Counted from the stretch's first letter, positions 40,444 through 50,375 are shown. The stretch: 64,000 nucleotides of DNA from an uncultured Chloroflexia bacterium (GCA_963797095.1 CAWCNY010000006.1:768001-832000); one strand, 5' to 3'. Numbers and translations: made by a program. The notes: a model not told the origin generated them from the letters alone.

Positions 40444-40575
40444 ATGGCGCGCCGTCGCAAAGGTGGAGGCTATCATTCCACCCATAGTGGTAAATTCGTC
40501 ACGACTAAGTGGGCCGAATCCAAGACAGGTAAAGGCCACACGACCTTCGTAACGAACAAAACCGGTAAGAAGTAG
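40444..40575 (+). CDS. 43-aa basic protein not in the ORF track (MARRRKGGGYHSTHSGKFVTTKWAESKTGKGHTTFVTNKTGKK)
   Basis: Perfect AAAGGAGGTGAT RBS, ATG 40444, TAG 40573 and a downstream terminator. Confidence 0.65.
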   Translation: MARRRKGGGYHSTHSGKFVTTKWAESKTGKGHTTFVTNKTGKK

Positions 40576-40618
40576 CAGTATTTAGGAGGCTAGAATTCGA
40601 TGCCTAAGTGGCACCGCT

Positions 40619-40662
40619 CATCAAGGTCGAGAGCATCGTTGCTGTCGACCTTGATGCTTTCT
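40619..40662 (+). terminator. probable intrinsic terminator
   Basis: Stem CATCAAGGTCGA/TCGACCTTGATG followed by CTTTCT. Confidence 0.6.
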
Positions 40663-40834
40663 AAGTTTTCGTGTACTAAGAGATTCTACCAGCATGACAA
40701 ATACAACTTCGCGCCTTCGTTCCCATACCCCCGCTTGCAACCGCAGAACGCTCTTCCCTTACACCCACAAATCTGCCATCACACCCCAGCATAGCGCCCA
40801 TGCCCGCCAAACACCACCTACAGGCTGTTAATCT

Positions 40835-41182
40835 ATGCTAGCCCACTTCACCATCGCAGGCGGCATCCTAGTGTGCCCCGCCTGTGATGGTAACATTGAC
40901 ATAGAGTTCGAACTCCTCGACCATCGCCCAACCCTTGATCCTAGCGCCTGGGATCACGTCGTAGAGTGCAGCATAGACGTCCGATCAGGGCGCATCCGCG
41001 TCTACGGCTGCTTCTCAGACCCCGCCACCGCTCCCACCCTTGACCTGCCGTCCGGCACCTATAGCGTGCTCGTCTATTATGGCGGCTTCGATACGATAGA
41101 CCGATATGGACTCACAGGTGACGACCACTACCGACTCACCTTCTGGCCCGGCACGTTCATTGAGCCTCGCGTGCTCAAATAG
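40835..41182 (+). CDS. hypothetical protein, probably N-terminally truncated
   Basis: Protein-like WDHVVECSI...GTYSVLV...DHYRLTFWP; no clear RBS. Confidence 0.5.
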   Translation: MLAHFTIAGGILVCPACDGNIDIEFELLDHRPTLDPSAWDHVVECSIDVRSGRIRVYGCFSDPATAPTLDLPSGTYSVLVYYGGFDTIDRYGLTGDDHYRLTFWPGTFIEPRVLK

Positions 41183-41202
41183 TTCAGCTATCTTCCCAGC
41201 AT

Positions 41203-41254
41203 AGTCCGCGAAGGTGGGCCTCGTTTGCGTAGCCCCCGATTTCAATCGACAGGC
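41203..41254 (+). repeat. REP-like element AGTCCGCGAAGGCGGACTTCGTTTGCGTAGCCC..., copy 1
   Basis: Near-identical to 42474-42525 and 43144-43176. Confidence 0.85.
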
Positions 41255-41313
41255 AATCTCTGTTATCATATCCCCACCCTCCGCTCGTCACTCACATATC
41301 ACGTATCAATCTC

Positions 41314-42390
41314 ATGACCACTCTCCCCACCACCCCCACCTCCATCACCGCCGCTTACCTCGACGCCCTCCTGCGCGACTACCCCGACGCGCCCTACAGC
41401 CCCGTAACCGCCTTCACTATAGACCGCCTATCCAAAGGCACCTCAGGCGCGGGCCTCTACGTCGTCACCATCGACCGCGACCCCGCCACCGACCCCCTAC
41501 GCTTCATCCTCAAACTATCCGGCGGCCCCAAAGAAGTCTACTTCTACCGCGACCTCGCCCCCCGCCTCCCCATCGACACCCCCGCCGTCCTCGACGCCCG
41601 CATACTCGACGACGGCACCACCTGGCTCCTCATGGAACAGATCACAGGCGTCAAAGACGGCCTCGCCTGGGACCAATCCGACTACCGCGCCGTCCTCACC
41701 GGCATGGCCCGCCTTCACGCCGCATACTGGTCGCGCCCCGACCTCCTGGCCGGCTGCCCCTGGCTCTGGCGGCCCGACCCCACCTCCCTCCAAACCCTCG
41801 TCGCCGCCCGCAAAACCGACCTCCAAGCCATAGTCGCCTCCACCCTCCCCCAACAGCTACCCAGCATCTTCACCCCCGACCGCCTCTCCCTCGCTCTCCA
41901 CCTCCTCGACCACCCCCACAAACTCTTCGACCCCCTGCTCGCCCCCGGCACCACCCTCGTCCACGGCGACTACTGGTTCCACAACGTCCAGATCACCCGC
42001 ACAGGCCGCATCGTCCTCGTAGACTGGCAAGATCCCCAGACCTGGTCCGGCCTCTGGGAGCTAGCCTACTTCCTCAACCTTCTCCTTCCCGTAAGCGCCA
42101 CCGAATACCGCACATCCCTCCCCCTCGACGAAACCCTCATGATAAACTGCTACACCGCCGCCCTCTCCGACCAGGGCGTATCCCTCCCCCAGCCCGACTT
42201 CGACGCCGCCCTCCTGGCCGCCCGCGTCTGGCACCCCATCCAGCACTGGATACGCCAGTACGGCTACGCCGCCGCCAAAGGCCTTCTCCCCACCGGCGAC
42301 CTTCAGGCCCTCAACCCCGGCGCAGCCCAATTCCTCGCCTCCACCTTCTCCCGCTGGGACCACGACGCCCACACCCTCCTGAACACCTAA
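41314..42390 (+). CDS. aminoglycoside-phosphotransferase/choline-kinase-like protein
   Basis: Motifs FILK, EVYFY, WLLME, LVHGDYWFHN and LVDWQ. Confidence 0.85.
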   Translation: MTTLPTTPTSITAAYLDALLRDYPDAPYSPVTAFTIDRLSKGTSGAGLYVVTIDRDPATDPLRFILKLSGGPKEVYFYRDLAPRLPIDTPAVLDARILDDGTTWLLMEQITGVKDGLAWDQSDYRAVLTGMARLHAAYWSRPDLLAGCPWLWRPDPTSLQTLVAARKTDLQAIVASTLPQQLPSIFTPDRLSLALHLLDHPHKLFDPLLAPGTTLVHGDYWFHNVQITRTGRIVLVDWQDPQTWSGLWELAYFLNLLLPVSATEYRTSLPLDETLMINCYTAALSDQGVSLPQPDFDAALLAARVWHPIQHWIRQYGYAAAKGLLPTGDLQALNPGAAQFLASTFSRWDHDAHTLLNT

Positions 42391-42473
42391 CCCCAACCAA
42401 CCCCACCAACCAACCCACCAACCAACCCCACCGACCACCCGCCAAACAAAACCCACCTAACTCCCCCCAACCC

Positions 42474-42525
42474 AGTCCGCGAAGGCGGACTTCGTTTGCG
42501 TAGCCCCCGATTTCAATCGGCGGGC
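42474..42525 (+). repeat. REP-like element, copy 2 (full length)
   Basis: Two hairpins, AGTCCGC-GAAG-GCGGACT and GCCCCCGATT-TC-AATCGGCGGGC. Confidence 0.85.
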
Positions 42526-42563
42526 GCTCTTGCCCTCTTGCAGCCTTCCAGTATACTTACCCC

Positions 42564-43145
42564 ATGCCCGAAATCTACATATCCACCGACATCGAGACCG
42601 ACGGCCCTATCCCCGGCCCCAACTCCATGCTCAGCTTCGCCTCCGCCGCCTACTTAGCTGACAAAACCCTTGTTAGCACCTTTTCCGCAAACCTCGTCAC
42701 CCTACCCTCCGCTACGGGCGATCCTACTACAATGGCCTGGTGGCAAACCCAACCCGAAGCGTGGCAAGCCTCCCGCGAGAACCCCCAGCCACCCGAACTC
42801 GTCATGCCTCAATACGTCACGTGGCTTAAGGCTCTTCCAGGTAAGCCCGTCTTCGTCGCCTACCCTGTCGCCTTCGATTTCATGTTCGTCTACTGGTACC
42901 TCATCCGCTTCGCCGGAGAAAGCCCCTTCTCCTACTCCGCACTTGACATAAAAACCTACGCCATGGCCCTTCTCAAGAAGTCCTACCGCAACTCCACAAA
43001 AAGGAATATGCCCCACCGCTGGTTCGACCCACTCCCCCACACTCATAAAGCCCTCGATGATGCCATCGAACAAGGTGCGCTCTTCTGCAACATGCTTGCG
43101 GAACGCCTCAGCGCCAACGACAATCTCAACAATCAGCCAGACTAG
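42564..43145 (+). CDS. DEDDh 3'-5' exonuclease (Rv2179c-like exoribonuclease family)
   Basis: Motifs [18 protein letters not shown] and HKALDDA. Confidence 0.85.
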   Translation: MPEIYISTDIETDGPIPGPNSMLSFASAAYLADKTLVSTFSANLVTLPSATGDPTTMAWWQTQPEAWQASRENPQPPELVMPQYVTWLKALPGKPVFVAYPVAFDFMFVYWYLIRFAGESPFSYSALDIKTYAMALLKKSYRNSTKRNMPHRWFDPLPHTHKALDDAIEQGALFCNMLAERLSANDNLNNQPD

Positions 43146-43176
43146 TCCGCGAAGGCGGACTTCGTTTGCGTAGCCC
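43144..43176 (+). repeat. REP-like element, copy 3 (truncated at GTAGCCC)
   Basis: Identical to the first 33 nt of copy 2. Confidence 0.85.
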
Positions 43177-43796
43177 AGAAACTGATCCCACAGCACCTCA
43201 ACTCCGGCTATCCTCCCCTCATTGTCTACTACCACCGCTCTGCCCCGTTCATCACCGCCCAGAACAACAGGCACATCTTGCCCCTTCAAGCCCACCCCGA
43301 CATTCTCGACAGTGTCATCCACATGGGGCACATCGCAGACTTCTTCGTGATAACATCAAATGCCGCTCATCTTATAAAAGACCAGATCGAACAACGTGCC
43401 GGTCGCCCCGTCCTCTCCATGATCGACCTCACCGTCGCCGAGGTTCAACGCCGTGGCTGGAAGCGCGTGGGCCTGCCCGCTTTCGGCTTCCCTCGCGTTT
43501 ACGTCGAATGCCTCCAACCTCTCGGCATCACCTACGAAACCCTCCCCGACGAACCCGGCGGCCTCCGCGACCAGCTTGATGACGCTATCCACGCCGTCAT
43601 GACCGGGCAAAACAGTCTCCCCGAAACCTGGCTCATGACTAGCATCCTCGATGTCCTGCGTGCCCGAGGCACAGATGGCATCATCCTCGGCTGCACAGAG
43701 ATCCCCATCATGCTCGGCGACCTCGCCGTTGCCCCCGACCTCATCAACCCCCTCGAACTCCTCGCCGAAGCTGCCGTCAAATTCGCTATCGACTAG
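43170..43796 (+). pseudogene. aspartate/glutamate racemase family gene lacking its N-terminus
   Basis: Motifs ITSNAAH, VLSMID and IILGCTEIP. The open frame extends back into the REP with no start codon or RBS, and the family's N-terminal IGxxGG strand is missing. Confidence 0.65.
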
Positions 43797-43817
43797 GCAT
43801 CCAAAAAGGATATCCCT

Positions 43818-44270
43818 ATGCAACTCAAACCCCTCTACCGCATCCGCTTCAACTACCCCGAAGATTGGTCCGTAGACCTCACAGGCCCGCGCGGCACCGA
43901 AACCTACCACTTCTTCATCGCCGAAGGCCGGTGTGAGGGCGCTATCAGCGGGCGCTACCGGGGCGCTAACCACCCCCTGCAGCGCACCGACGGCACCTTT
44001 GTTCCCGACTTCCAGGGCGTCATCGAAACCGACGACGGCGCTACCATCCTCTTCAACTCCCACGGCTTTGGCCGCACCTACCCTCCAGGCCGCCGCCAGA
44101 TCGTCGCCTCCACCACCCATATCACCAGCGATGAGCGCTACTCCTGGCTCAACGATGTAGTCTGCGTGGGCGTCGGCGAAGTCCGCGCCCCCTCCCCCGC
44201 CGCCCGTTCCCCACTCCCTGAGCTAGTCATCGACATAGCCGAGCTAATCTGGGAGCCAATAGCCGATTGA
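43818..44270 (+). CDS. DUF3237-like beta-barrel protein
   Basis: Motifs RTDG, IETDDGATI and DERYSWLN. Confidence 0.7.
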   Translation: MQLKPLYRIRFNYPEDWSVDLTGPRGTETYHFFIAEGRCEGAISGRYRGANHPLQRTDGTFVPDFQGVIETDDGATILFNSHGFGRTYPPGRRQIVASTTHITSDERYSWLNDVVCVGVGEVRAPSPAARSPLPELVIDIAELIWEPIAD

Positions 44271-44373
44271 CCGCGCGAAACGGAATCCCCTCCCCGGCAG
44301 TATATAGCTCAGAACTCTATCACTATCAAGCCCCATCTGCACCCACCAAACCCAACTGTCCAGGAGGCCAGCC

Positions 44374-44670
44374 GTGAACAGCCAACCGGCAAACGATGCC
44401 AACCCCCAGGTCACAATCTACACATCCAGCGATTGCGTTTGGTGCCCGCGCCTCAAAGATTACCTCTCCCAAAACGGAGTAGCCTACACCGAAAAGAACG
44501 TCGAACTGGACGTGGCAGCAGCGTCCGAGGCCCTCAACTTCGCGGGCCGCCGCCAGACCCCCGTAACCGTCATCGGCTCCAACGTAGTGGTGGGCTTCCA
44601 GCGCGCCCAACTCGATGCCCTTCTGGGACTCAAGGAACAAGGGCTTACCGGCTCCGACGCGCCCGCCTGA
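44374..44670 (+). CDS. glutaredoxin/NrdH-like protein
   Basis: VTIYTSSDCVWC, TP and VVGF motifs; RBS AGGAGG. Confidence 0.85.
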   Translation: MNSQPANDANPQVTIYTSSDCVWCPRLKDYLSQNGVAYTEKNVELDVAAASEALNFAGRRQTPVTVIGSNVVVGFQRAQLDALLGLKEQGLTGSDAPA

Positions 44671-44814
44671 CCCATTTCCCCGCTCCCGCAGCCACAGACT
44701 TCCCGCACTCGTCCCAATTTGACAAACCCGTTCCCCGGTGCTATCTTACAGCACATTTCACCATTCCGTCTCTCAACCACCGGCAACCTTCCATCCACAC
44801 AAAGGAGTATGGTT

Positions 44815-46038
44815 ATGGAGAATATCAACGCGGGTGATACGGCATTGGTCCTCATAAGCGCAGCCCTCGTCTGCCTCATGACGCCGGGCCTGGCCTTCTT
44901 TTATGGCGGTCTTGTCCGGCGCAAAAACGTCCTATCGATCATGATGCAGAGCTTCATCTCGATGGGCATTGTAACCATCATCTGGGTCTTCATCGGTTTC
45001 AGCCTCTCCTTCGGCACCGACCACGGCGGCCTCATCGGCGACTTCCAATACGTCGCCCTCCGGCAAGTCGGCTTCGGCCCTAATCCCGCCTATGGCCCCA
45101 CCATCCCCTTCCTGGCGTTCTTCCTCTTCCAGGAAATGTTCGCAATCATAACCCCCGCCCTCATTACCGGCGCTTTCGCCGACCGGGTCAAGTTCAAGAG
45201 CTATCTGATCTTCCTTGTCCTCTGGAGCCTCCTCGTCTACGTCCCCTTCGTCCACTGGGTGTGGGGCGGCGGCTTCCTCGCACAGTGGAAGGTGGTCGAC
45301 TTCGCCGGTGGCATCGTGGTACACCTTAGCGCGGGCATCGCGGCCCTCGCCTCTGTCTTCGTGGTTGGCAAGCGCAAACTCGCCCCCGGCGAGAAGGTGA
45401 TCCCCCACAACATAGCCTTCGTAGCCCTCGGCACCGGCCTTCTCTGGTTTGGCTGGTTCGGCTTCAACGGCGGCAGCGCCCTATCTGCTGGCGGCCTTGC
45501 TGCCACCGCTTTCGTCAACACCGACATCGCCGCCTCCGTAGCCATGATCACCTGGCTCTTCATCTCATGGGTGCGCGACACCAAACCTAGCATGACCGGC
45601 GCTCTCACCGGCGCTGTGGCCGGCCTCGCTACTGTCACTCCCGCCGCCGGCTACGTCGAACCCTGGGCCGCTGGCCTGATCGGCCTCGCCGCTGGTGTCG
45701 TTTGCTATCTCGCCGTGCAATTCAGGATCAAGCGAGACTGGGACGACGCCCTCGACGTGTGGGGTGTGCATGGAGTTGGAGGCGGCCTCGGTGTCATACT
45801 CACCGGTGTATTCGCGGTCAAGGCCATAAACGGCGTCAGCGGCCTGATCGAGGGCAACGTGGGACAGTTCGGCGCGCAGGTGCTGGCCGTCGCCATCACT
45901 GCCACCTACTCGTTCGTCGTCACCTACCTCATCCTGAAGCTGATCAACATCTTCGAGCCGGTGCGTGTCTCCGAAGATGCTGAAGTCGCCGGACTGGACA
46001 CCTTCCTGCACGGAGAAGCCGCTTACGACACGATCTAA
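44815..46038 (+). CDS. amtB: ammonium transporter
   Basis: Motifs MTPGLAFFYGG, FQEMFAIITPAL, HWVWGGG, DFAGGIVVH, LWFGWFGFNGGS and DDALDVWGVHG. Confidence 0.96.
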   Translation: MENINAGDTALVLISAALVCLMTPGLAFFYGGLVRRKNVLSIMMQSFISMGIVTIIWVFIGFSLSFGTDHGGLIGDFQYVALRQVGFGPNPAYGPTIPFLAFFLFQEMFAIITPALITGAFADRVKFKSYLIFLVLWSLLVYVPFVHWVWGGGFLAQWKVVDFAGGIVVHLSAGIAALASVFVVGKRKLAPGEKVIPHNIAFVALGTGLLWFGWFGFNGGSALSAGGLAATAFVNTDIAASVAMITWLFISWVRDTKPSMTGALTGAVAGLATVTPAAGYVEPWAAGLIGLAAGVVCYLAVQFRIKRDWDDALDVWGVHGVGGGLGVILTGVFAVKAINGVSGLIEGNVGQFGAQVLAVAITATYSFVVTYLILKLINIFEPVRVSEDAEVAGLDTFLHGEAAYDTI

Positions 46039-46270
46039 TATCTCGTCTTCCCTCGGTTATTCAGATCGAAGCGATGGACCTCGCTCTCCGCAATCGCATA
46101 TGGGGAACGAGATCCTTCGAGCCGCCATGCCCCACACTCGACACCATAGTATCACCAACCCCAAGTACAGCCTGCCCACTGCATAGTGTTACCGTCTCCT
46201 GTATACTGATTGTATTCCAGCGATCTAATACCTGCGCAAAACTACCCGCCCTTACCAGGAGCACTACTGT

Positions 46271-46603
46271 ATGAACACTGTTCTCCAACTTCGCACAGGC
46301 GACACCGTCAGCAACCCCGATACCGAACAACTGCGCGAAGCCCTCTCCAGGCTTAGCCCCGGCAGCACACCAGGCTACGACACATGGCTCTCCGCTAAAA
46401 TAGGCGATAGCGACTGGTACATTACAGCCCATGAGGGCGGCTCCCTCAGCCTCACCATTGTCGATTACTCCACAGGCACCGGCGAGTATAAGATCTATGA
46501 ACTGCCCAACGTCTCCCGCGCCCACATCATTGAAGTGTGGAAAGAGCTTCAGCGTGGTGATATAGACGCCATCATGGGCAGGTCCTGGCAGCGCACCACC
46601 TAG
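46271..46603 (+). CDS. hypothetical protein
   Basis: ATG with AGGAG RBS; protein-like composition. Confidence 0.6.
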   Translation: MNTVLQLRTGDTVSNPDTEQLREALSRLSPGSTPGYDTWLSAKIGDSDWYITAHEGGSLSLTIVDYSTGTGEYKIYELPNVSRAHIIEVWKELQRGDIDAIMGRSWQRTT

Positions 46604-46837
46604 CCCCACTCTCCCTGCTCTGTCCCCTCAACAAGTGACGCTCAAAATTGCGACAATAATGTACCCATTTGGGCGTATACACAACGCACAACTCCTGATA
46701 TATTGGTACTAGAGCCTTAGTCAAGCACTACATCATCTACAGGCAAAAAAGCAGTACAGGCTGGTTGCATATGCGGCTGGTCCCTTGCTGCCCTAGTTAA
46801 TATAGCAACCCAGAATCATACGCGGAGGTATAGACCA

Positions 46838-48037
46838 ATGGCTACTGCCTGGTGCCCATTCGCCGACCAGCGCCCCACCACCTGGAAGCGCTTCACCGGC
46901 AATCACGGTCGCAAAGCCGTAGTATTGCACATAGCCGAGGGGAGCTACGAGGGCACCTTGCAGGAGTTCGCCGATAGCAACCCCGCTCAGAAAAGCTCCC
47001 ACTTTGTGATCGCCAAAGATGGCCGCATCGCCCAGCTTGTCTCCATGAACGATAGCGCCTGGGCCAACGGCCTCTGCTGGCAGAACAACCACTGGCGTAC
47101 CCCCGATTGCAGCAAGCTCGACAATCCCACCTGGGCCGACATCATCCCAGGCGTCAATCCCAATATGTACACCATCTCAATCGAGCACGAAGGCTTCCAC
47201 GACCAACCCCTTACCGCAGCTATGAAGGCAGCCAACATCAAACTGCTCCGCTGGATCGCTGGCGAGCTTGGCATCGTCTATACCCTCGGCCACACCCTGA
47301 TCGGTCACCGCGACATCGACCCGCTTCGGAAGTCGTTTTGCCCAGGCTCCGGGTTTGACTTCAACGAAATCGCCCAGGCCGCCAACGCCGGCCCCTCCCC
47401 CGTTGCCTCTATCACCGAAGATACCCCCCTCCTGGCCCCACCCCGCGCCACTATCCAACAAGCCAGGGCCTACATAGCCCACAAAGGCGGCAGCACCGCT
47501 TATACCTCCGGCGACATCGACCTCATCACCCAGCACTACTGGACCCACGGCCCTTCCGTTGGCCTTGACCCTCTCCTCGCTCTCGCCCAGTGCGTCCACG
47601 AGACCAGCGACAACGGCCACCCCATTTCAAGCTGGTGGTCGCAACGGCCCCGGCGCAACCCCGCCGGCCTGGGCGTCAGCGGCCAGTCACGCAACACCGA
47701 TCCAGGCGACTCTCATAACTGGGCGGGCGACCCCCCCGATAACCCGACCGTTTGGCGGGCCGGGCTCTCCTTCGCTTCCTGGGAGGAATCGACCCGCGCT
47801 CAGATCGGGCGTCTGCTCGCCTACGCAATCCCCGCCGGCCAGGGCACCCCCCAGCAGCAAGCCATGATCGATTTCGCTCTCGCCCAGCGTCCTCTGCCCG
47901 CTGCCCTGCGCGGCACGGCCCCCGCTCTCAAGCAGTTGGGAGCAGCCAACAACCCCTCCGGTCAGGGCTGGGCAACCCCAGGCGCCCAGTATGGCGCACA
48001 CATTGCCGCCATCGCCCAGGAGGTCCTCGATCTCTAG
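46838..48037 (+). CDS. N-acetylmuramoyl-L-alanine amidase (Amidase_2) fused to a lysozyme/glucosaminidase-like domain
   Basis: Motifs VVLH, SSHFVI, AWANG, SIEHEG and IGHRDI..K..CPG; C-terminal ALAQCVHET and RNPAGLG. Confidence 0.82.
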   Translation: MATAWCPFADQRPTTWKRFTGNHGRKAVVLHIAEGSYEGTLQEFADSNPAQKSSHFVIAKDGRIAQLVSMNDSAWANGLCWQNNHWRTPDCSKLDNPTWADIIPGVNPNMYTISIEHEGFHDQPLTAAMKAANIKLLRWIAGELGIVYTLGHTLIGHRDIDPLRKSFCPGSGFDFNEIAQAANAGPSPVASITEDTPLLAPPRATIQQARAYIAHKGGSTAYTSGDIDLITQHYWTHGPSVGLDPLLALAQCVHETSDNGHPISSWWSQRPRRNPAGLGVSGQSRNTDPGDSHNWAGDPPDNPTVWRAGLSFASWEESTRAQIGRLLAYAIPAGQGTPQQQAMIDFALAQRPLPAALRGTAPALKQLGAANNPSGQGWATPGAQYGAHIAAIAQEVLDL

Positions 48038-48255
48038 GCCTGCAAACTCCGATCCAAAGCACATACTCTGCTGTATAATATAGAGCAGGCTATCCGGCTG
48101 CATAGTAAAGGTAGTGCATGGGAACCCCCTGGCAGTGGCTACCCTCCGGGCGTTGGCGTATTCCTACTGCTCTTCCTTTCCAGGGATGGCCGCAACTCCA
48201 TATCATCTGGGGTCACAATATAGAGACCAGGAACCTTAATACCAAGAGGAGTGCC

Positions 48256-48726
48256 ATGCCTCGCCTACGCGCCGAATCCTCCGCGCCTATAGACGCACCA
48301 CCTGATCGCGTCTATGCGATCCTCGCAGACTACCGAGACAGCCACCCACGTATCCTCCCCAAAGCCAACTTTCGCGATCTCAAAGTTGAGCAAGGGGGCA
48401 AGGGTGCGGGTACGATAATCAGTTTTGTATCCCGCTCAGGGGGTGTGGAACGCCACTACCGCATGAAGATCATGGAGCCTGAGCCCGGCGTGCTGGTCGA
48501 GCAGGATCTTTCCTCCTCCCTCAGCACCACCTTCACTGTTACCAAACTCGATGGAGGCTCGCGCTCACAGGTGACAATAGCTAGCGAATGGGACGCCAGC
48601 AAAGGCATTACGGGCCTGGTCGAGCGCGTCTTCTACCCACTTGCCATGCGCGGTATCTACAAGAAGGAACTCGCCCAACTCGCCTCCGTCGTCTCGGAGG
48701 GGACAGATAGTGTCGCGGCCGATTAA
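48256..48726 (+). CDS. SRPBCC (polyketide cyclase/dehydrase-like) family protein
   Basis: IDAPPDRVYAILADY and VEQGGKGAGT motifs. Confidence 0.85.
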   Translation: MPRLRAESSAPIDAPPDRVYAILADYRDSHPRILPKANFRDLKVEQGGKGAGTIISFVSRSGGVERHYRMKIMEPEPGVLVEQDLSSSLSTTFTVTKLDGGSRSQVTIASEWDASKGITGLVERVFYPLAMRGIYKKELAQLASVVSEGTDSVAAD

Positions 48727-49651
48727 TTCTCGGTCCCGCCGCTCGCTCCTGGTGATCGCGCTGGTCTTCTTGCTGGTGGTGGGCGCAATCGCTACCCTGG
48801 TTGTCCTCTATTCCTCACCTACTTTGTCCTCCGCCGATGCCAGCGCCACCGCCGAGGCGCAGCAGTTCGCCACCTCCGAAGTCGAGCGCCAGTCTACAGC
48901 CGTGGCGGTTCGCCGCACTTCCACAGCCGCTGCCCGCGCCACCGGCACAGCCGAGGTGGTAGCACGGGCCACACGCGCCGTTCAATCCACAGCTACCGAA
49001 CAAGCGAACGTCCTTGCCACCGGCACAGCCGCTGCCATAGCCAGCGCAATCGCGCCCGGCACCCAAACCGCCGAAGCCACCGACTTCGAGCAGAGGCGTA
49101 CCGAGGCCGAGACCATCACGCGCAGGCTTGATAGCCAGGCCAGGCAGGTATTCGGCCCAACTTCCGGCACGCTCGACCACAAAACGGATGGTACACCCAC
49201 TTGCGCAGAAACGGATCTCGCGTTCCATAACTTCATCGCCTCCGCTCGCATCTTCAATCCCTACTCCGCTGCCCAGCACCCCTGGGATCACGGCATCACC
49301 TTCTCCAACGAGGGCGATGACACGTACTACAGCCTTGTTATGCGCTCCTCTGGGGACTACGCCCTCAAGCTGTCCGGCTCCGCCTTCTATGTCGAGACGA
49401 ACAACAGCACCGATCTGTTGGACCTTTCCCGCCCGGGCGACAATCTCATCAAGCTCTATATCAACAACAATGTGGCCTACCTCTACTTCAATGACTTCTA
49501 TGCCGACACTCTCGATCTTCGCCAGGTTAATCTCGGCCAGACCACCGCGCGCAATCACCGCCCAATGCTATGTGCCAACCTGGACGACGGCTCGGCTCTG
49601 GAAGGTGCAACCACTCGCTACGAGGATTTTACCGTCTGGTCGTTGCCGTAG
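48710..49651 (+). CDS. membrane-anchored protein with Ala/Thr-rich stalk and beta-sandwich C-terminus
   Basis: N-terminal TM, ATxTA repeats and terminal YEDFTVWSLP. Confidence 0.65.
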   Translation: MSRPINSRSRRSLLVIALVFLLVVGAIATLVVLYSSPTLSSADASATAEAQQFATSEVERQSTAVAVRRTSTAAARATGTAEVVARATRAVQSTATEQANVLATGTAAAIASAIAPGTQTAEATDFEQRRTEAETITRRLDSQARQVFGPTSGTLDHKTDGTPTCAETDLAFHNFIASARIFNPYSAAQHPWDHGITFSNEGDDTYYSLVMRSSGDYALKLSGSAFYVETNNSTDLLDLSRPGDNLIKLYINNNVAYLYFNDFYADTLDLRQVNLGQTTARNHRPMLCANLDDGSALEGATTRYEDFTVWSLP

Positions 49652-49714
49652 AGAATGGTAGTCGGAACCACAAACTCTAGCTTATCGTTCACCGGCAACC
49701 GGCAACCAACAACA

Positions 49715-50161
49715 ATGGAATCACTTATCTTCATCGGCCTGCAAGCGTCGGGCAAATCCAGCTTCTACCGGGAGCGGTTCTTCAATACGCACATCCGGCT
49801 CAACCTCGATATGCTCCGCACCCGCAATCGCGAGGCCATCCTATTCCAGGCATGCCTTCAGGCTCGCCAGAAGTTTGTGGTGGACAATACCAACCCCACT
49901 GCTGCCGATCGTGCACGCTATATCGAACCTGCGCGTGAAGCAGGTTTCTCTGTAATTGCCTACTATTTCCCGCCCGATCAAGCCGCCTGTCTCGCTCGTA
50001 ACGCCTCTCGCCCTGCCGCTGAGCGCGTGCCGCCCCAGGCGATCTGGGCCACCCTCAAGAAGCTGGAACCGCCCACCTTATCCGAGGGGTTCAGCACATT
50101 GTATGGAGTGCGGGTAGGTGCTGATGGAGAGTTTATCGTTGAGGAATGGCGCGAGGAGTAA
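49715..50161 (+). CDS. P-loop kinase (AAA_33/polynucleotide-kinase-like)
   Basis: GLQASGKS Walker A, VVDNTN and CLARNASR. Confidence 0.85.
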   Translation: MESLIFIGLQASGKSSFYRERFFNTHIRLNLDMLRTRNREAILFQACLQARQKFVVDNTNPTAADRARYIEPAREAGFSVIAYYFPPDQAACLARNASRPAAERVPPQAIWATLKKLEPPTLSEGFSTLYGVRVGADGEFIVEEWREE

Positions 50162-50375
50162 CGCAAGCGATCGCATTGCCCGACGAGATGCAGGCGATCT
50201 CTGAACTCGACCGGGCATAAGCAACTCTGCTAATGCTTACCTACTTGCATAACACCTTATTCTGTCCAGGCCCTTGAACACGCAGAACAAATGTGCTATC
50301 ATGTTCTTGGCAGTAGACACCCCACCCAGGCCACGATCCCAAATCGGTCACCCCCACCAAAGGAGACAAAACAAC

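Noticed and set aside
41214-42503. 429-aa Arg/Pro-rich ORF and many other long antisense or overlapping ORFs
   Set aside because: These are shadow frames of high-GC genes with strong third-position bias and carry no family motifs.
44374-44670. Glutaredoxin as a dedicated NrdJ reductant
   Set aside because: It lies 5 kb away with unrelated genes between and no NrdR box seen upstream; there is no evidence of linkage.
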